DNA of 64,000 bases from Cyanophyceae cyanobacterium (GCA_038321985.1 JBBQFN010000005.1:167806-231805), one strand, 5' to 3'; shown: positions 1 through 11,490, numbered from the stretch's first letter. The notes: a model not told the origin generated them from the letters alone. Numbers and translations are program-made.

Positions 1-526
1 ACCCAGTACCATGCTGGTGTATTCCATTGGGACAGGGGTTCATTCCTTCACTCTGGATCCCAGTTTAGGAGAGTTTATCCTCTCCAATCAAAATATCAAC
101 GTCCCGGAGCATGGTGCAGTCTATAGCGTGAACGAAGGGAACTTCTGGCAGTGGGAGGAACCTATCCGAGACTACATCCGCTACGTGCACCGGCACGAAG
201 GCTATACGGCTCGTTATAGTGGTGCTTTAGTCGGTGACTTTCACCGCATTCTCCATGAAGGGGGCGTGTTCATGTATCCTGGAACCATCAAAAAACCCGA
301 AGGAAAATTACGCCTGCTGTACGAAACAGCACCCTTGGCCTTTTTAATTGAGCAAGCTGGGGGACAAGCGAGTACCGGAACTCAAGATATCTTAGATGTC
401 GTTCCGGATCAACTTCATACCCGTACCCCGGTGATTATTGGCAGTAAAGACGATGTGGCACTGGTAAAATCCTTTATTAGCGATCACAAACAGGAGAACA
501 AACCCGCGATCGCCACTCATTCATGA
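1..526 (+). CDS. fbp: Class 1 fructose-1,6-bisphosphatase, 5' part outside the window
   Basis: Motifs [32 protein letters not shown]; first gene of the cyanobacterial fbp-tal-zwf-opcA cluster. Confidence 0.95.
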   Translation, partial: PSTMLVYSIGTGVHSFTLDPSLGEFILSNQNINVPEHGAVYSVNEGNFWQWEEPIRDYIRYVHRHEGYTARYSGALVGDFHRILHEGGVFMYPGTIKKPEGKLRLLYETAPLAFLIEQAGGQASTGTQDILDVVPDQLHTRTPVIIGSKDDVALVKSFISDHKQENKPAIATHS

Positions 527-699
527 TGATTTGATGACACAGTACGGCGATCAACCCTTACCTTTTAGGCCAATTCAAAGATAAGCTAAAACCTAAGAGC
601 CAAATGAGAGAGTCTCATCCCATAGACACTCATCATCCTCTTTGAAAACATCCACAATGATAACCTGTAGTCACCTAGGAATACAACGAGATAAAACTT

Positions 700-1842
700 A
701 TGGCAATCAATCCCTTACTTCAAAAAATTGAACAAGAATACGGTCAAAGTATCTGGATGGATAATTTGAACCGAGACCTGATTAAGTCCGGTGAATTGAA
801 AACCCTCATTGAAACCCGAGGATTGCGGGGACTGACCTCAAATCCCTCGATTTTTGAAAAGGCAATTGTGGGAAATGCTATCTACGATGATGACATCGAA
901 GCAGGCATCCAAGCGGGTAAATCTGTTCAGGAAATTTATGAGTCGTTAGTGTTTGAAGATATTCGCAATGCTTGCGATCATTTTCGAGCCATTTACGATG
1001 AAACAGAGGGTTTAGATGGCTATGTCAGTATTGAAGTGCCCCCGAACATGGCCCTGGATAGTGAAAAAACTCTCTCAGAAGCCAAGCGCTACTACAAGGA
1101 GATTGAGCGGGAAAATGTGATGGTGAAAATCCCCGGTACTACCCAAGGTCTACAGGCAGTTGAAAAAGTAATTGCTGAGGGGATCAACGTTAATATTACG
1201 TTGTTATTTTCTGTAGACAGTTATGTAGAAACAGCTTGGGCTTACATTCGCGGCTTAGAAGCGCGAGTTAAGAGCGGTGAAGATATTAGTAAGATTTCTT
1301 CGGTGGCGAGTTTCTTTATCAGCCGAATCGATGTTAAAATAGATGAAGCAATCGACGAGAAGCTCCATCACGAGACTGAGCTCCAGAAAAAAGCCCAGCT
1401 AGAGCAAATCAAGGGCAAAGTGGCGATCGCCAATGCCAAGATTGCCTATCAAAAATACAAAGAAATCATTAACAGCGATCGCTGGCAAGCTCTCGCTGCC
1501 AAAGGAGCCAACCCCCAGCGTTTACTGTGGGCTTCTACCAGCAGCAAAAATCCCAATTACAGTGACGTCATCTATGTAGACCAACTGATTGGGCCCGATA
1601 CCGTCAACACCCTGCCTCCAGCCACCATTGAAGCTTGTGCGGATCACTGCGACGTGGCAAGCCGAATCGAAAGCGATGTAGACAAAGCCTACCACCTCAT
1701 CGAGAACTTGCCTGAATTCGGAATTGACCTGGATCAAGTCATGGCAGAACTCTTAGACGAAGGAATTGAGAAATTCATTCAACCCTTTGAGTCCCTGATG
1801 AGCTCTTTGGAAGCTAAAGTCAAAAAACTGGCTCCCGCTTAG
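700..1842 (+). CDS. tal: Transaldolase
   Basis: GLTSNPSIF, VMVKIPGT, INVNITLLFS, SVASFFISRID, RLLWAST; operon context. Confidence 0.95.
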   Translation: MAINPLLQKIEQEYGQSIWMDNLNRDLIKSGELKTLIETRGLRGLTSNPSIFEKAIVGNAIYDDDIEAGIQAGKSVQEIYESLVFEDIRNACDHFRAIYDETEGLDGYVSIEVPPNMALDSEKTLSEAKRYYKEIERENVMVKIPGTTQGLQAVEKVIAEGINVNITLLFSVDSYVETAWAYIRGLEARVKSGEDISKISSVASFFISRIDVKIDEAIDEKLHHETELQKKAQLEQIKGKVAIANAKIAYQKYKEIINSDRWQALAAKGANPQRLLWASTSSKNPNYSDVIYVDQLIGPDTVNTLPPATIEACADHCDVASRIESDVDKAYHLIENLPEFGIDLDQVMAELLDEGIEKFIQPFESLMSSLEAKVKKLAPA

Positions 1843-2005
1843 TCGGGAAGGGAAAATGGGTACGGCATTGCTCCGTCACCCATTTTTCGGCTGATCCAAC
1901 GGATGATTTCTCGACCCAGAGCCCGAAAGAACAGATTGATACCTCAATCTCAGGATCGGTTCTTAATGTCTGATGTCCTAACCTCTAACCTATGCATCAA
2001 ACCAG

Positions 2006-3535
2006 ATGGTAACGCTATTAGAAAACCCCCTGCGCGTGGGACTCCAACAAGATCGGATTCCCGAACCGCAGATTTTGATTATTTTCGGGGCCTCCGGTGA
2101 CCTAACCCAGAGAAAACTCGTTCCGGCAATCTATCAGATGAAGATGGAGCGCAAACTGCCTCCTGAACTGACCATTGTCGGGGTCTCCCGCAGCACATGG
2201 AGTCACGAATTTTTCCGAGACCATTGCCGCGAAGGTGTCGAAGAATTTGGCAACGGGATTGGTTCAGAAGCGCTCTGGGAAGACTTTGCCAAAGGATTGT
2301 TCTACTGTCCTGGGGATATAGACAAAGCGGAAAGCTACCAGAAACTCAAAGGATTTTTGAGTGAACTGGACGACAGCAGAGGCACTCGAGGTAACCGAGT
2401 GTTTTACCTTTCCGTGGCACCGCGCTTTTTTGCCGAAGCGATTGAGCAACTCGGTGAGGCGGGAATGCTAGGCGATCGCGAAAAACAGCGCCTAGTCATT
2501 GAAAAACCCTTCGGTCATGATTTGAGTTCGGCACAGATCCTCAACCGAGTGGTTCAAAAAGTCTGCTCAGAAAAGCAGGTTTACCGCATCGACCATTACT
2601 TAGGCAAGGAAACCGTGCAGAATCTGCTCGTGTTTCGCTTCGCCAATGCAATTTTTGAACCTTTGTGGAATCGTCAGTTTGTCGATTGCGTTCAAATCAC
2701 CGTCGCGGAAACCGTCGGTTTGGAAGGACGCGCTGGGTATTATGAATCATCAGGAGCGCTTCGGGATATGGTGCAAAACCACCTGATGCAACTGTTTACC
2801 CTGACGGCAATGGAACCTCCCAACTCTCTCGATGCCGACAGCATCCGGAATGAAAAGGTAAAAGTTCTAGAAGCCACTCATCTAGCTGATATTGAAAATC
2901 TCGACCTTTCAGCCACTCGGGGTCAGTACACCTCCGGATGGATGAAAGGGAAACAGGTTCCCGGCTATCGAGAAGAGGAAGGGGTAAACGAGAATTCGAC
3001 GACGCCCACTTATGCGGCCCTCAAACTTTATATTGATAACTGGCGCTGGAAGGGAGTCCCGTTCTACATGAGAACCGGTAAACGGATGCCGAAAAAGGTT
3101 ACCGAAATTGCGATTCAGTTTCGAGAAGTGCCATTTTTGATGTTCCAGTCTGCCGCAAAACAGGCCAATCCCAATGTATTGGCGATGCGGATTCAGCCGA
3201 ATGAAGGGATTTCTATGCGTTTTGAGGTGAAAACGCCGGGACCCTCGTTGCGGACTCGCTCAGTGGATATGGATTTCCGCTACGATACCACCTTTGGTCA
3301 GGCCAATACGGATGCTTACAGCCGCCTGTTGATAGACTGTATGTTAGGGGACCAAACTCTGTTTACCCGAGGGGATGAGGTAGAGGAGTCTTGGCGAGTC
3401 CTGACACCCCTCTTGCAAGTCTGGGATGCTCCCGCTCATCCGGAGGCAGTCGCCCTTTATGAAGCCGGAACTTGGGGACCTGTGGAAGCGGAGATGCTAC
3501 TCAATCGTCACGCTCGCCGCTGGCGGAGGTTGTAA
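2006..3535 (+). CDS. zwf: Glucose-6-phosphate 1-dehydrogenase
   Basis: [32 protein letters not shown]. Confidence 0.97.
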   Translation: MVTLLENPLRVGLQQDRIPEPQILIIFGASGDLTQRKLVPAIYQMKMERKLPPELTIVGVSRSTWSHEFFRDHCREGVEEFGNGIGSEALWEDFAKGLFYCPGDIDKAESYQKLKGFLSELDDSRGTRGNRVFYLSVAPRFFAEAIEQLGEAGMLGDREKQRLVIEKPFGHDLSSAQILNRVVQKVCSEKQVYRIDHYLGKETVQNLLVFRFANAIFEPLWNRQFVDCVQITVAETVGLEGRAGYYESSGALRDMVQNHLMQLFTLTAMEPPNSLDADSIRNEKVKVLEATHLADIENLDLSATRGQYTSGWMKGKQVPGYREEEGVNENSTTPTYAALKLYIDNWRWKGVPFYMRTGKRMPKKVTEIAIQFREVPFLMFQSAAKQANPNVLAMRIQPNEGISMRFEVKTPGPSLRTRSVDMDFRYDTTFGQANTDAYSRLLIDCMLGDQTLFTRGDEVEESWRVLTPLLQVWDAPAHPEAVALYEAGTWGPVEAEMLLNRHARRWRRL

Positions 3536-3781
3536 CTTTTGATATCTGAAGGATGAAGGGGGGGGAACCAGGAAATAGGGAACCCCTAATCGGGAATAGA
3601 CCTCTTGAAGAATTACAAAGAAATTCCTGCCAACCCCCCTTAATCAGGTCAATCCGGGGAGAGTTCCGAAATTCTGCAACTCGTCTAAATAAAGCAGAGG
3701 ACTCAAAACATTAGTCTTTCATCCTTCATCCTGCCCAGGAGTCCTTCTTCAACACTCACTACTCAACACTCAACAATCAAT

Positions 3782-5110
3782 ATGGCTACTCCAATTGTTG
3801 CTCTCCAACAACCGAAAGATATTTCCCTCGATGAGATTGAGTCAGAATTGGGTCGAATCTGGCTCTCGGAAAGCGGCGGAAGGGCTGCTAGCATTGCTAC
3901 CCGCGCTGCAACGTTTAGCATGGTGGTGTATGAGCCAGAAGAATTCCAGCAATTGCTGGGGGCTTTAGGCTTTTATGAAGGGCCAATTGATGGCATTTAC
4001 GGAGCGCTGACAAAAGAAGCCGTTAAAGAAGCCCAAATCACATACGGGATAAGAGTTACAGGTCGCATTGACCCGGAAACTTTGAAAAAGCTGCGCGAAG
4101 AGTACGATAAAATCCCTGCCGATCGCCAGAAAGTCACCAACCCCAATGCCAGAGGGTTCAGTATCAGCGAGGCGATCGCCGCTCAAAATCCCTGCCGCAT
4201 TATCACCATCTGTCCCGTCCTCGGTGAAGATGAGGGCGTCACGGCTCAGGTTTCGGCCTATTGTCCCCTCCAAAAAGGCAACTCCAGCCGCTTAATTTGC
4301 TGCGAGTACATCACCCTGCGCGGCACGAAGCAAGCACTACAACGAGTCGGCGATTTGGTGGTGTCTTTGATGATTCCCTCCTTGCCGAAATTTGTCTGGT
4401 GGAAGGCAACCCCAAATCCCGAGCAAGAGTTGTTCCAAAAGCTCTCGGAATCATGCAATTGCATGATTATGGACTCGTCTTACTTTAGCGACCCCGAGTC
4501 AGAGTTTCTAAAGATGCAAAAGCTCATCGATGAAGAAACTTATATGGCGGACTTGAACTGGCACCGGCTCACTTCTTGGCAAGAGTTGGCTGCAGCGGCT
4601 TTTGACCCCCCGGAACGTCGCGCTTCCCTGATAGAACTTGATCGCGTGACGATTGACTATGAAAAAGGAAATGCCTCTCAAGCGCTGATGTTCCTCGGGT
4701 GGCTCTCTTCTCGCCTCGGTTGGGAACCCCTGTCTTACAAGGACGAGGGGGGGGATTACGATATTCGCCGCATCTCCTTCAAAGGCCCGGGCGGTCATAC
4801 CATCGAAGCCGAGTTAGCCGCTATTCCCACTGCCGATTGGGGTGAGATTACAGGGGATATGGTAGGATTGCGTCTCACTTCTACCAATAGTGAGGCAAAT
4901 TGCTGCACGATTTTGTGTTCAGAAACCACGGGCTGTATGCGGATGGAGTCCGGCGGTAGCGCCCAAAACTGCCGCACAGAACAGGTGACACCGTTAACGG
5001 ACCAAAAGGCAGAATACCTTCTGGGTCAACAGTTACAGCGCTGGGGTCGCGATATGCTCTATGAAGAAAGTCTCTCGGTGACGACTGAGATTCTCAAGTT
5101 ACGTCAGTAA
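3782..5110 (+). CDS. opcA: G6PDH assembly/activator protein OpcA
   Basis: Directly after zwf; peptidoglycan-binding-like insert (GPIDGIYG..T.EAV), ADLNWHRL, CCTILCSE typical of cyanobacterial OpcA. Confidence 0.92.
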   Translation: MATPIVALQQPKDISLDEIESELGRIWLSESGGRAASIATRAATFSMVVYEPEEFQQLLGALGFYEGPIDGIYGALTKEAVKEAQITYGIRVTGRIDPETLKKLREEYDKIPADRQKVTNPNARGFSISEAIAAQNPCRIITICPVLGEDEGVTAQVSAYCPLQKGNSSRLICCEYITLRGTKQALQRVGDLVVSLMIPSLPKFVWWKATPNPEQELFQKLSESCNCMIMDSSYFSDPESEFLKMQKLIDEETYMADLNWHRLTSWQELAAAAFDPPERRASLIELDRVTIDYEKGNASQALMFLGWLSSRLGWEPLSYKDEGGDYDIRRISFKGPGGHTIEAELAAIPTADWGEITGDMVGLRLTSTNSEANCCTILCSETTGCMRMESGGSAQNCRTEQVTPLTDQKAEYLLGQQLQRWGRDMLYEESLSVTTEILKLRQ

Positions 5111-5118
5111 TCTAATTT

Positions 5119-5166
5119 AGTGGGGCGATCGCCAGTTTGTAAGGGGGCGATCGCCCCACTTTTTTC
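5119..5166 (+). terminator. Intrinsic terminator of the OPP operon, built from two HIP1 sites
   Basis: AGTGGGGCGATCGCC...GGCGATCGCCCCACT followed by a T-run, just after the opcA stop. Confidence 0.75.
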
Positions 5167-5191
5167 GGAGCACTTCCAACCCTGATGACTG

Positions 5192-6220
5192 ATGGTGTAC
5201 AATCTTCATTCTGCATTAGTGCGGCATTGGGGCGAACCCGCCCGCAATAATTTAGAGCCTTTACAAGCAGGGATTCAAAGCGGTTTGGACTGTGGCGATC
5301 ATGAATATGCCAGCTATAGCAATCCTAAATCAGTTGTGGAATGGACCCTCACCCCCAACCCCTCTCCCAGAACGGGAGAGGGGAGAAGACAGATGTTATA
5401 AATCATTTAGGAATGCTATATTGCATCAAGGATTATTGTGTGGATCTGTTTTTGACGGGCTATCCCTTGGATGAGGTGAATGCCCAGCCGAACTGGATAT
5501 TACCCGGCAATTGCCACAAAAAATGCTCCCGAACCCCGAAGAATTACAGGAAATTCCCGGCTTGGAAATTGCCGGATTTATGGAACCGGCAGATGAAGTG
5601 GGGGAGATTATTACGATGTCCTCAATTATGAGGGCCGGGTAAAAATTGGTATCAGTGATGTTACCGGACATGGCCTAGAATCCGGTAGGGTTATGCTCAT
5701 GGTGCAAACGGCTGTGCGAACTTTATTGGCTTATAATGAAACGGGTTATATTAAGGTTTTAAGTACCATCAACCGCACGATTTATGATAACGTAGCCCGA
5801 ATGAACTCGGAGAAAAACCTGAGTTTAGTTTTATTGGATTATGCGGAGGGAGTCTTAAAAATTAGCGGCCAACATGAAGAAATAATAGTTGTTCGGACAA
5901 ATGGAGAAATTGAGCTAATTGATACAATAAATTTAGGATTTTCCATTGGGTTGGTGATGGATATTTCGGATTTTATTACCCAAGCCGAAGTCCAGTTAAA
6001 TCCTGGGGATGGAGTGGTTCTTTATACCGATGGAATTACGGAGGCTGCAAATCAGACGGGACAGCGATATGGATTAGAACGACTGTGCCAGATTGTGTCC
6101 CAGAATTGGCAGCAGTCTGCGGAAGGAATTTGGGAAGCTGCAATTGATAGCTTGCGAGAATTTATTGGCGATAAAAAAGTATCTGATGATATTACCCTGG
6201 TCGTATTAAAGCAACGGTAA
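5192..6220 (+). pseudogene. Degraded multi-domain sensor gene with a C-terminal SpoIIE/PP2C phosphatase
   Basis: 5693-6220 is a PP2C C-terminus (VLYTDGITEA, DDITLVV). Upstream AELDITRQ..EIAGFMEPADEVG/DYYDV is frameshifted in a G-run near 5600. 5192-5330 resembles the VRHW..GDHEYA segment of cyanobacterial kinase/AAA sensors. Confidence 0.75.
5346..5385. repeat. Short dispersed palindromic element CCCTCACCCCCAACCCCTCTCCC...GGGAGAGGGG
   Basis: Hairpin CCCCTCTCCC/GGGAGAGGGG; resembles a common cyanobacterial dispersed repeat; lies inside the pseudogene. Confidence 0.6.
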
Positions 6221-6297
6221 AAGGGGCAGAAAAAAGGCTAATTTTGCTGAAAAAAGGAGGGGAATTGAGGAATTCCTTCCCTTAATATTAAGTTTTC

Positions 6298-6339
6298 AAA
6301 ATAAAAAACCGCACCTTAAAGGGTGCGGTTTTTTATTTT
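6298..6339. terminator. Bidirectional intrinsic terminator
   Basis: AAAATAAAAAACCGCACC-TTAAAG-GGTGCGGTTTTTTATTTT between convergent genes. Confidence 0.85.
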
Positions 6340-6356
6340 GAAAACCTGCTTCCGTA

Positions 6357-7094
6357 TTAAATGGTATCGGGATCAACTCCCATTTCTATCAATTTGGCAG
6401 CAAGGCGATCAGCCTTGGATTGAGCTAATTCAGCTTGCTGTTGTGCTGCTTCATTGGGTAACAAAACCAGAGTTCCATCGGGATTGTAAAAGCGTAACCA
6501 AATGATAGAAACTTGCGTTAGAGTTCCCTCCCAATTTCCCAGCCATACCCCTAGAGTTTCGCACCATAACCAGCCCCGTTCATCGGGTTCAATGGGTTGA
6601 TACTGTTGACTGGCATCCAAATGCCAACCTTGCAAAGAATTGGGATTAAAGGGGTCATAAACGAAATAATCCGGAGTTCGGAATACTCGTTCATAGAGGT
6701 CTTTTTTCGGTCCAAGGTCAACTTTTCGGGTACTGGGGGACGTCAGTTCTATAATCACATCTGGATAACGACCCTCTTCCTCCCAGACGACCCATCCCAG
6801 GCGATCGCCTGGTTCTACATCCAAAACGGCAAAGAAATCCGGCCCTCTGAAATCTCGATTTTTGGCTTGGGTACTGCTGTAATAAATAAACATATTACCC
6901 CCCATAAAATAATCATTGCGGTCCGGGAATAGGGCCGGAAATGAATCAATGAGGGCATTCATTGCAATGCGGTGTCGATTACTTTCCAAGGGTTCTCCGT
7001 CATCGAAAATTAGGTCCGTAGGAGGCATGGGAGGTTCCCACTCGGCTGTCTCTGGGACGGGGTTCGTAGTTTCTGCGATCGCCTCGGCAGACAT
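6357..7094 (-). CDS. Uma2 family (DUF820) putative endonuclease
   Basis: DDGEPLESNRHR, FRGPDFF, PDVIIELTSPST, YFVYDP, C-terminal RLAAKL.E.GVDP. Confidence 0.9.
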   Translation of the reverse strand: MSAEAIAETTNPVPETAEWEPPMPPTDLIFDDGEPLESNRHRIAMNALIDSFPALFPDRNDYFMGGNMFIYYSSTQAKNRDFRGPDFFAVLDVEPGDRLGWVVWEEEGRYPDVIIELTSPSTRKVDLGPKKDLYERVFRTPDYFVYDPFNPNSLQGWHLDASQQYQPIEPDERGWLWCETLGVWLGNWEGTLTQVSIIWLRFYNPDGTLVLLPNEAAQQQAELAQSKADRLAAKLIEMGVDPDTI

Positions 7095-7275
7095 GGCACT
7101 CTCTCCATTGAATTGCTAGATTTAGTTTAACTGAATCCCCGGGAATTCACCCAGTCCCTTCCTTGGGTCAAGTTATGGTGTGGCAGAAGATAAATCGCAT
7201 CAGGTTTAATGGCAAAGTAGGATATAGTAAACCTAATTGATGGCCTCAACTGAATTAAACTCGCCTGTTATCAAA

Positions 7276-8715
7276 ATGACTTTAGTAATTGCCGGGGAAA
7301 GAAGCGGCGTCGGAAAAACAACGATAACTTTAGCAATTTTGGCATATCTGCAACGTCAAGGGCTGAAGGTTCAATCTTTTAAAGTTGGACCGGATTATAT
7401 TGATCCAATGTTTCATCATTATGTCACGGGCCGCCCTTGCCGCAATTTAGATCCAGTTTTAACTTCAACTGATTATGTCAAAAATTGTTTTAATCGCCAT
7501 TCTCAATCGGCAGAATTCTCCTTAATTGAAGGGGTAATGGGGTTATTTGATGGGATTCAACCCGTGCCCCTATTAATGAATTCATCCCCCTTATTTTTTC
7601 GCGGGGATTTTGCCAGTACGGCACATATTGCTCGATTGTTAAAATTGCCGGTAATTTTAGTTCTGGATTGTAGTCGATTGTCCGGTTCTATAGCTGCGAT
7701 CGCCCACGGGTATCGGACTCTGGATCCTAACTTGGAAATAGCCGGTGCAATCCTGAATCGAGTGGGAAGCGATCGCCATTTAGAACTATTACAAGATGCG
7801 TTAGAAACCATTCAATTTCCAATCTTAGGCTTGTTACGGCGACAGGATCACATTACGATTCCCGATCGCCATCTCGGATTAATTCCCACCGCCGAACTCC
7901 CCCAACTGGATGCCTTAATTGATCGCCTTGCACATTTAGCGGAAACTTGTTTTGATTGGGAACAGCTACTCCCCCTGCTAAAATCCACTCCGGCAACTCC
8001 GGTAAAACCAGCAGAAATCATCCCAAATTGGGACGGGTTTAAATCAAAAATCCCGGTGGCGATCGCCACCGATGCTGCCTTTAATTTCTACTATCAAGAT
8101 AATCTAGACAGTCTCGAATCCCTAGGTGCCGAACTGATCCCTTGGAGTCCCTTGAAAGATTCAGTCCTACCCCAGGGTGTGCAGGGATTATATTTAGGCG
8201 GGGGATTCCCGGAAATCTTTGCTGAAACCCTAGCTGAAAATACGGCTGCACTCCAATCTGTCTATCAGGCAGTCGCCTCGGGAATGCCTACTTATGCTGA
8301 ATGTGGCGGTTTGATGTATTTATGTCAAAATCTGGTTGATTTTGCCGGGAAATCTTGGCCGATGGTGGGAATTTTACCCACCCACGCTGTCATGGGTCCC
8401 CGCCTCAGTTTGGGATATCGACGCGCTACAACCCTTCAAGATACCCCCTTACTCGTAGCAGGAGAAACCGTATGGGGTCACGAGTTCCATCGATCGCGCC
8501 TTACCCCCGAATCCACTTCCCCTCTATTTCAACTCCAGGGATTTAATCGGTCCTCAGCAGTGACTCAGGAAGGATGGGGATTTTCTCCCTTAACAGCAAC
8601 ACCCCAGCTTCATGCCTCCTATATTCATCTTCACTGGGGGGGACAGTGGCAGATTCCCCAGCGATTTTTACTCAGTTGTCAAGGTTTGCTCCCGGGGTTC
8701 AAGACTTTTTTGTAA
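7276..8715 (+). CDS. cobB: Cobyrinate a,c-diamide synthase
   Basis: SGVGKTT, FKVGPDYIDP, IEGVMGLFDG, GGGFPE, YAECGGLMYL, GHEFH; start placed at MTLVIAG. Confidence 0.93.
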   Translation: MTLVIAGERSGVGKTTITLAILAYLQRQGLKVQSFKVGPDYIDPMFHHYVTGRPCRNLDPVLTSTDYVKNCFNRHSQSAEFSLIEGVMGLFDGIQPVPLLMNSSPLFFRGDFASTAHIARLLKLPVILVLDCSRLSGSIAAIAHGYRTLDPNLEIAGAILNRVGSDRHLELLQDALETIQFPILGLLRRQDHITIPDRHLGLIPTAELPQLDALIDRLAHLAETCFDWEQLLPLLKSTPATPVKPAEIIPNWDGFKSKIPVAIATDAAFNFYYQDNLDSLESLGAELIPWSPLKDSVLPQGVQGLYLGGGFPEIFAETLAENTAALQSVYQAVASGMPTYAECGGLMYLCQNLVDFAGKSWPMVGILPTHAVMGPRLSLGYRRATTLQDTPLLVAGETVWGHEFHRSRLTPESTSPLFQLQGFNRSSAVTQEGWGFSPLTATPQLHASYIHLHWGGQWQIPQRFLLSCQGLLPGFKTFL

Positions 8716-8767
8716 ACTTTTGTAAAATCTAGTTGAAGGTTTAAAAAGGATATGTTAGTTTAATAAT

Positions 8768-9012
8768 AGACACGGGAAAGACAAGAAAAGAAGGAGAAGA
8801 ACTTAAGAGATTTGTAGGTTCCAAAGGCCGCGTGTCTCCTGTCTTGAGAACCGATGTGCAGTGAGGCCCAGGAAGGGTAAAGCTGCGTTAATTGTAAACC
8901 CTAGTAAGCAATTGTCCATCCTCTAAAACCTTTCGTCTTTTTTGCTATATATTTTGAAGAATCAGTCATTCCGTAAAAGGGTCTAGTCTTGTGACTAGGC
9001 CCTTAACTATTT
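8768..9012 (+). ncRNA. Candidate intergenic sRNA, family not recognised
   Basis: -10-like TAGTTT just upstream; AGACACG (8768) can pair with CGTGTCT (8831); ends in hairpin AAGGGTCTAGTC/GACTAGGCCCTT; no ORF in the track. Confidence 0.4.
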
Positions 9013-9469
9013 TAAAGGATAATTTTTAAGGGTAAATTTAGCAGGAAGGGCATTCAGAAAATTATTCCCGCAGAGGCGATCTTGGGGGTAGTAATTTCCC
9101 TCAAATTGAATAAGAAACACCAAAACAAGCCCAGCCTGAAAACTGACTCACTGAGATCGCCGCCTCAGTCTCCTGGCAGAAAACCTCATATACGGTTAAA
9201 GTAAAAGGCGGGTGCCTCTCAAAGCGGAAAATCTTCTAAAACAGAAGCAAGGTAAAAATCGGCACAATTTCCGTAAACGCTTTGCCGATTCTCCTGATTC
9301 ACCATGACCCACTCTGCTACTTTTCTATCAAAACTGATATGGAATTAGTCCGGGTTGTCATGACTGAAAACCCATATTTCACTACGCGTGAAGGGATCAT
9401 CAGGTACAAAGGCCGATCTTACGATACATTAAGCTCAACTCGATCCATCTGGATTTCATCAGCTCATTA

Positions 9470-11350
9470 GTGATGCCAAAGATTAACCTCCCTCAAGATC
9501 CCATCTCCGACCGAAATCTGAGCACCCCCTTGTTTTTCACCCTATCTAGATTTGCCTTGCCATCGAGTGATGGTACTTGTAAGTCCCTCCAAATCACTCC
9601 CTTAATGGGCTTAACTCTAACCTTCTTATTATTTTTAGGTGTAAATGGGGGCGCACTCCTAGCACAAACGCCTAATCCGGGGGGAATTGATAGTCTCCCC
9701 GAGGGTTCTCAATTTCCCAATCCCCTGCCGCCGTCTAGCCCCCAGTTACCGGAACGTCCTCCGTTGCTACCCCCCCCGGAAGAACTTCTACAACCGCCTA
9801 CTTCGGATCCTGATGCGCCACCTCTGCAAGTAGACCCCACGGGAGAAATTCCCGGGGAAATTGAAGTGCAGCGGTTTGAGGTGTTCGATAGTACGGTGTT
9901 TAGTAACGAAATCTGGGCGGAGATTTTAGCCCCGTTTACGGATCGACCCCTGTCCTTTGCCGAACTGTTGCAAGCGCGGACTGCGGTCACTCAACGATAC
10001 ACTCAGGAAGGGTATATTACTTCAGGGGCGTTGATTCCTCCCCAAACCCTAGAAGATGGGGTGGTGAGAATTCAGGTGGTGGAAGGGGGATTAGAAGAAA
10101 TTAATGTGACGGGGAATCAGCGATTGAGTCCCAATTATATTAGTTCTCGGTTGGCGATCGCCACGGAAAAACCCGTCAATATTGACAAACTTCTAGATGC
10201 CTTGCGCCTGTTACAACTAGATCCACGGATTGAAACTATCTCCGCCGAACTTGCAGCAGGGTCTCGCCCGGGTCAAAATGTACTAGATGTGCAAATTACG
10301 GAGGCTTCGGCGGTTGGTAGCGAGTTTGTCTTAGATAATGGGCGATCGCCGAGTGTGGGGAGTTTTCGCCGTAAAGCAAGTGTTTACCACCGAAACTTAT
10401 TCGGGTTTGGGGATACCCTCAATCTCTCCTACACTAACACCGAAGGGAGTGATCAGTGGGATGTCGGCTACATTTTACCCATTAATGCCCACAATGGCAC
10501 ATTTAGTGTCTCTCACGGTCGCACTCAGAGCGAAATTATCGAATCTCCCTTTGATCGCGTGGATATTGAAGCCAAATCTCGCAATACGGAATTTACCTTG
10601 CGGCAACCGTTGGTGCAAAGTCCTACCCGAGAATTTGCGATGGGATTAACCTTCGCCCGCCGTTCCAGTGAAACTTCCATTTTAGGGGTTAATTTTCCCC
10701 TCTCTCCCGGGGCGAATGAGGATGGCGAAACGCGAATTTCTGCTTTCCGGTTCTTTCAAGAATGGACGGGACGAAGTTCTCGGGAAGTGTTAGCCGCGCG
10801 ATCGCAGTTTAATCTTGGGGTGGGCTGGTTTGATGCCACGGTCAATTCTTCGGCCCCAGATAGTCGCTTTTTGAGTTGGCGGGGACAGGGACAATGGTTG
10901 CGGGTTCTGGGTTCGGAAAACAGCGACCCCCAACGGTCCCCGACTTTGTTAGTCCGGGGTGATATCCAACTCGCTTCGCGATCGCTACTGCCTTTGGAAC
11001 AATTTGGGTTAGGAGGGTTAGAAAGTGTGCGAGGCTATCGCCAAGATGCCTTATTGACGGATAATGGTGCGATCGCTTCTGCTGAACTCCGTATCCCTGT
11101 GTATCGCAAAAATTGGTTTGGGGTACAAGTGATCCCCTTTGTGGATGTGGGAACCGCTTGGAATAGCGATGGTGGAGACAATCCCGACCCAAATACCCTC
11201 GCTTCGGCAGGACTGGGCTTACAGCTTGATTTTGGGGACCGCTTACGCGCCCGGTTAGATTGGGGGTATCCTTTGATAGACAATCCATCTCGGGAGAGGA
11301 CATGGCAAGAAAACGGCTTTTATTTTTCCCTGATATCTACCCCATTTTAA
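9470..11350 (+). CDS. ShlB/FhaC/HecB family two-partner secretion outer-membrane protein (TpsB)
   Basis: Pro-rich N-terminus, POTRA (Y...GYITSGA.IPPQ...GVVRIQVVEG), DNGRSPSVG, SVRGYRQ, terminal F. Confidence 0.9.
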   Translation: MMPKINLPQDPISDRNLSTPLFFTLSRFALPSSDGTCKSLQITPLMGLTLTFLLFLGVNGGALLAQTPNPGGIDSLPEGSQFPNPLPPSSPQLPERPPLLPPPEELLQPPTSDPDAPPLQVDPTGEIPGEIEVQRFEVFDSTVFSNEIWAEILAPFTDRPLSFAELLQARTAVTQRYTQEGYITSGALIPPQTLEDGVVRIQVVEGGLEEINVTGNQRLSPNYISSRLAIATEKPVNIDKLLDALRLLQLDPRIETISAELAAGSRPGQNVLDVQITEASAVGSEFVLDNGRSPSVGSFRRKASVYHRNLFGFGDTLNLSYTNTEGSDQWDVGYILPINAHNGTFSVSHGRTQSEIIESPFDRVDIEAKSRNTEFTLRQPLVQSPTREFAMGLTFARRSSETSILGVNFPLSPGANEDGETRISAFRFFQEWTGRSSREVLAARSQFNLGVGWFDATVNSSAPDSRFLSWRGQGQWLRVLGSENSDPQRSPTLLVRGDIQLASRSLLPLEQFGLGGLESVRGYRQDALLTDNGAIASAELRIPVYRKNWFGVQVIPFVDVGTAWNSDGGDNPDPNTLASAGLGLQLDFGDRLRARLDWGYPLIDNPSRERTWQENGFYFSLISTPF

Positions 11351-11490
11351 CTGACGTGAGTCGGGATAATTCGGCTAAAGGCCGGGGTCGGAGAAAACTG
11401 TCTTGACGGGTTAGGGCCGCAGGGCCAGGGTTTCGCAACTGTAACCGCCTCCCTTGGCGATCGCTTATTTTTCTCATTCAGGGCTATTTT

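Noticed and set aside
3950..4100. Peptidoglycan-binding-like domain in OpcA as a novel fusion
   Set aside because: This is a normal feature of cyanobacterial OpcA.
8768..9012. Cobalamin riboswitch next to cobB
   Set aside because: It lies downstream of cobB and I cannot find the B12-box or other conserved core motifs.
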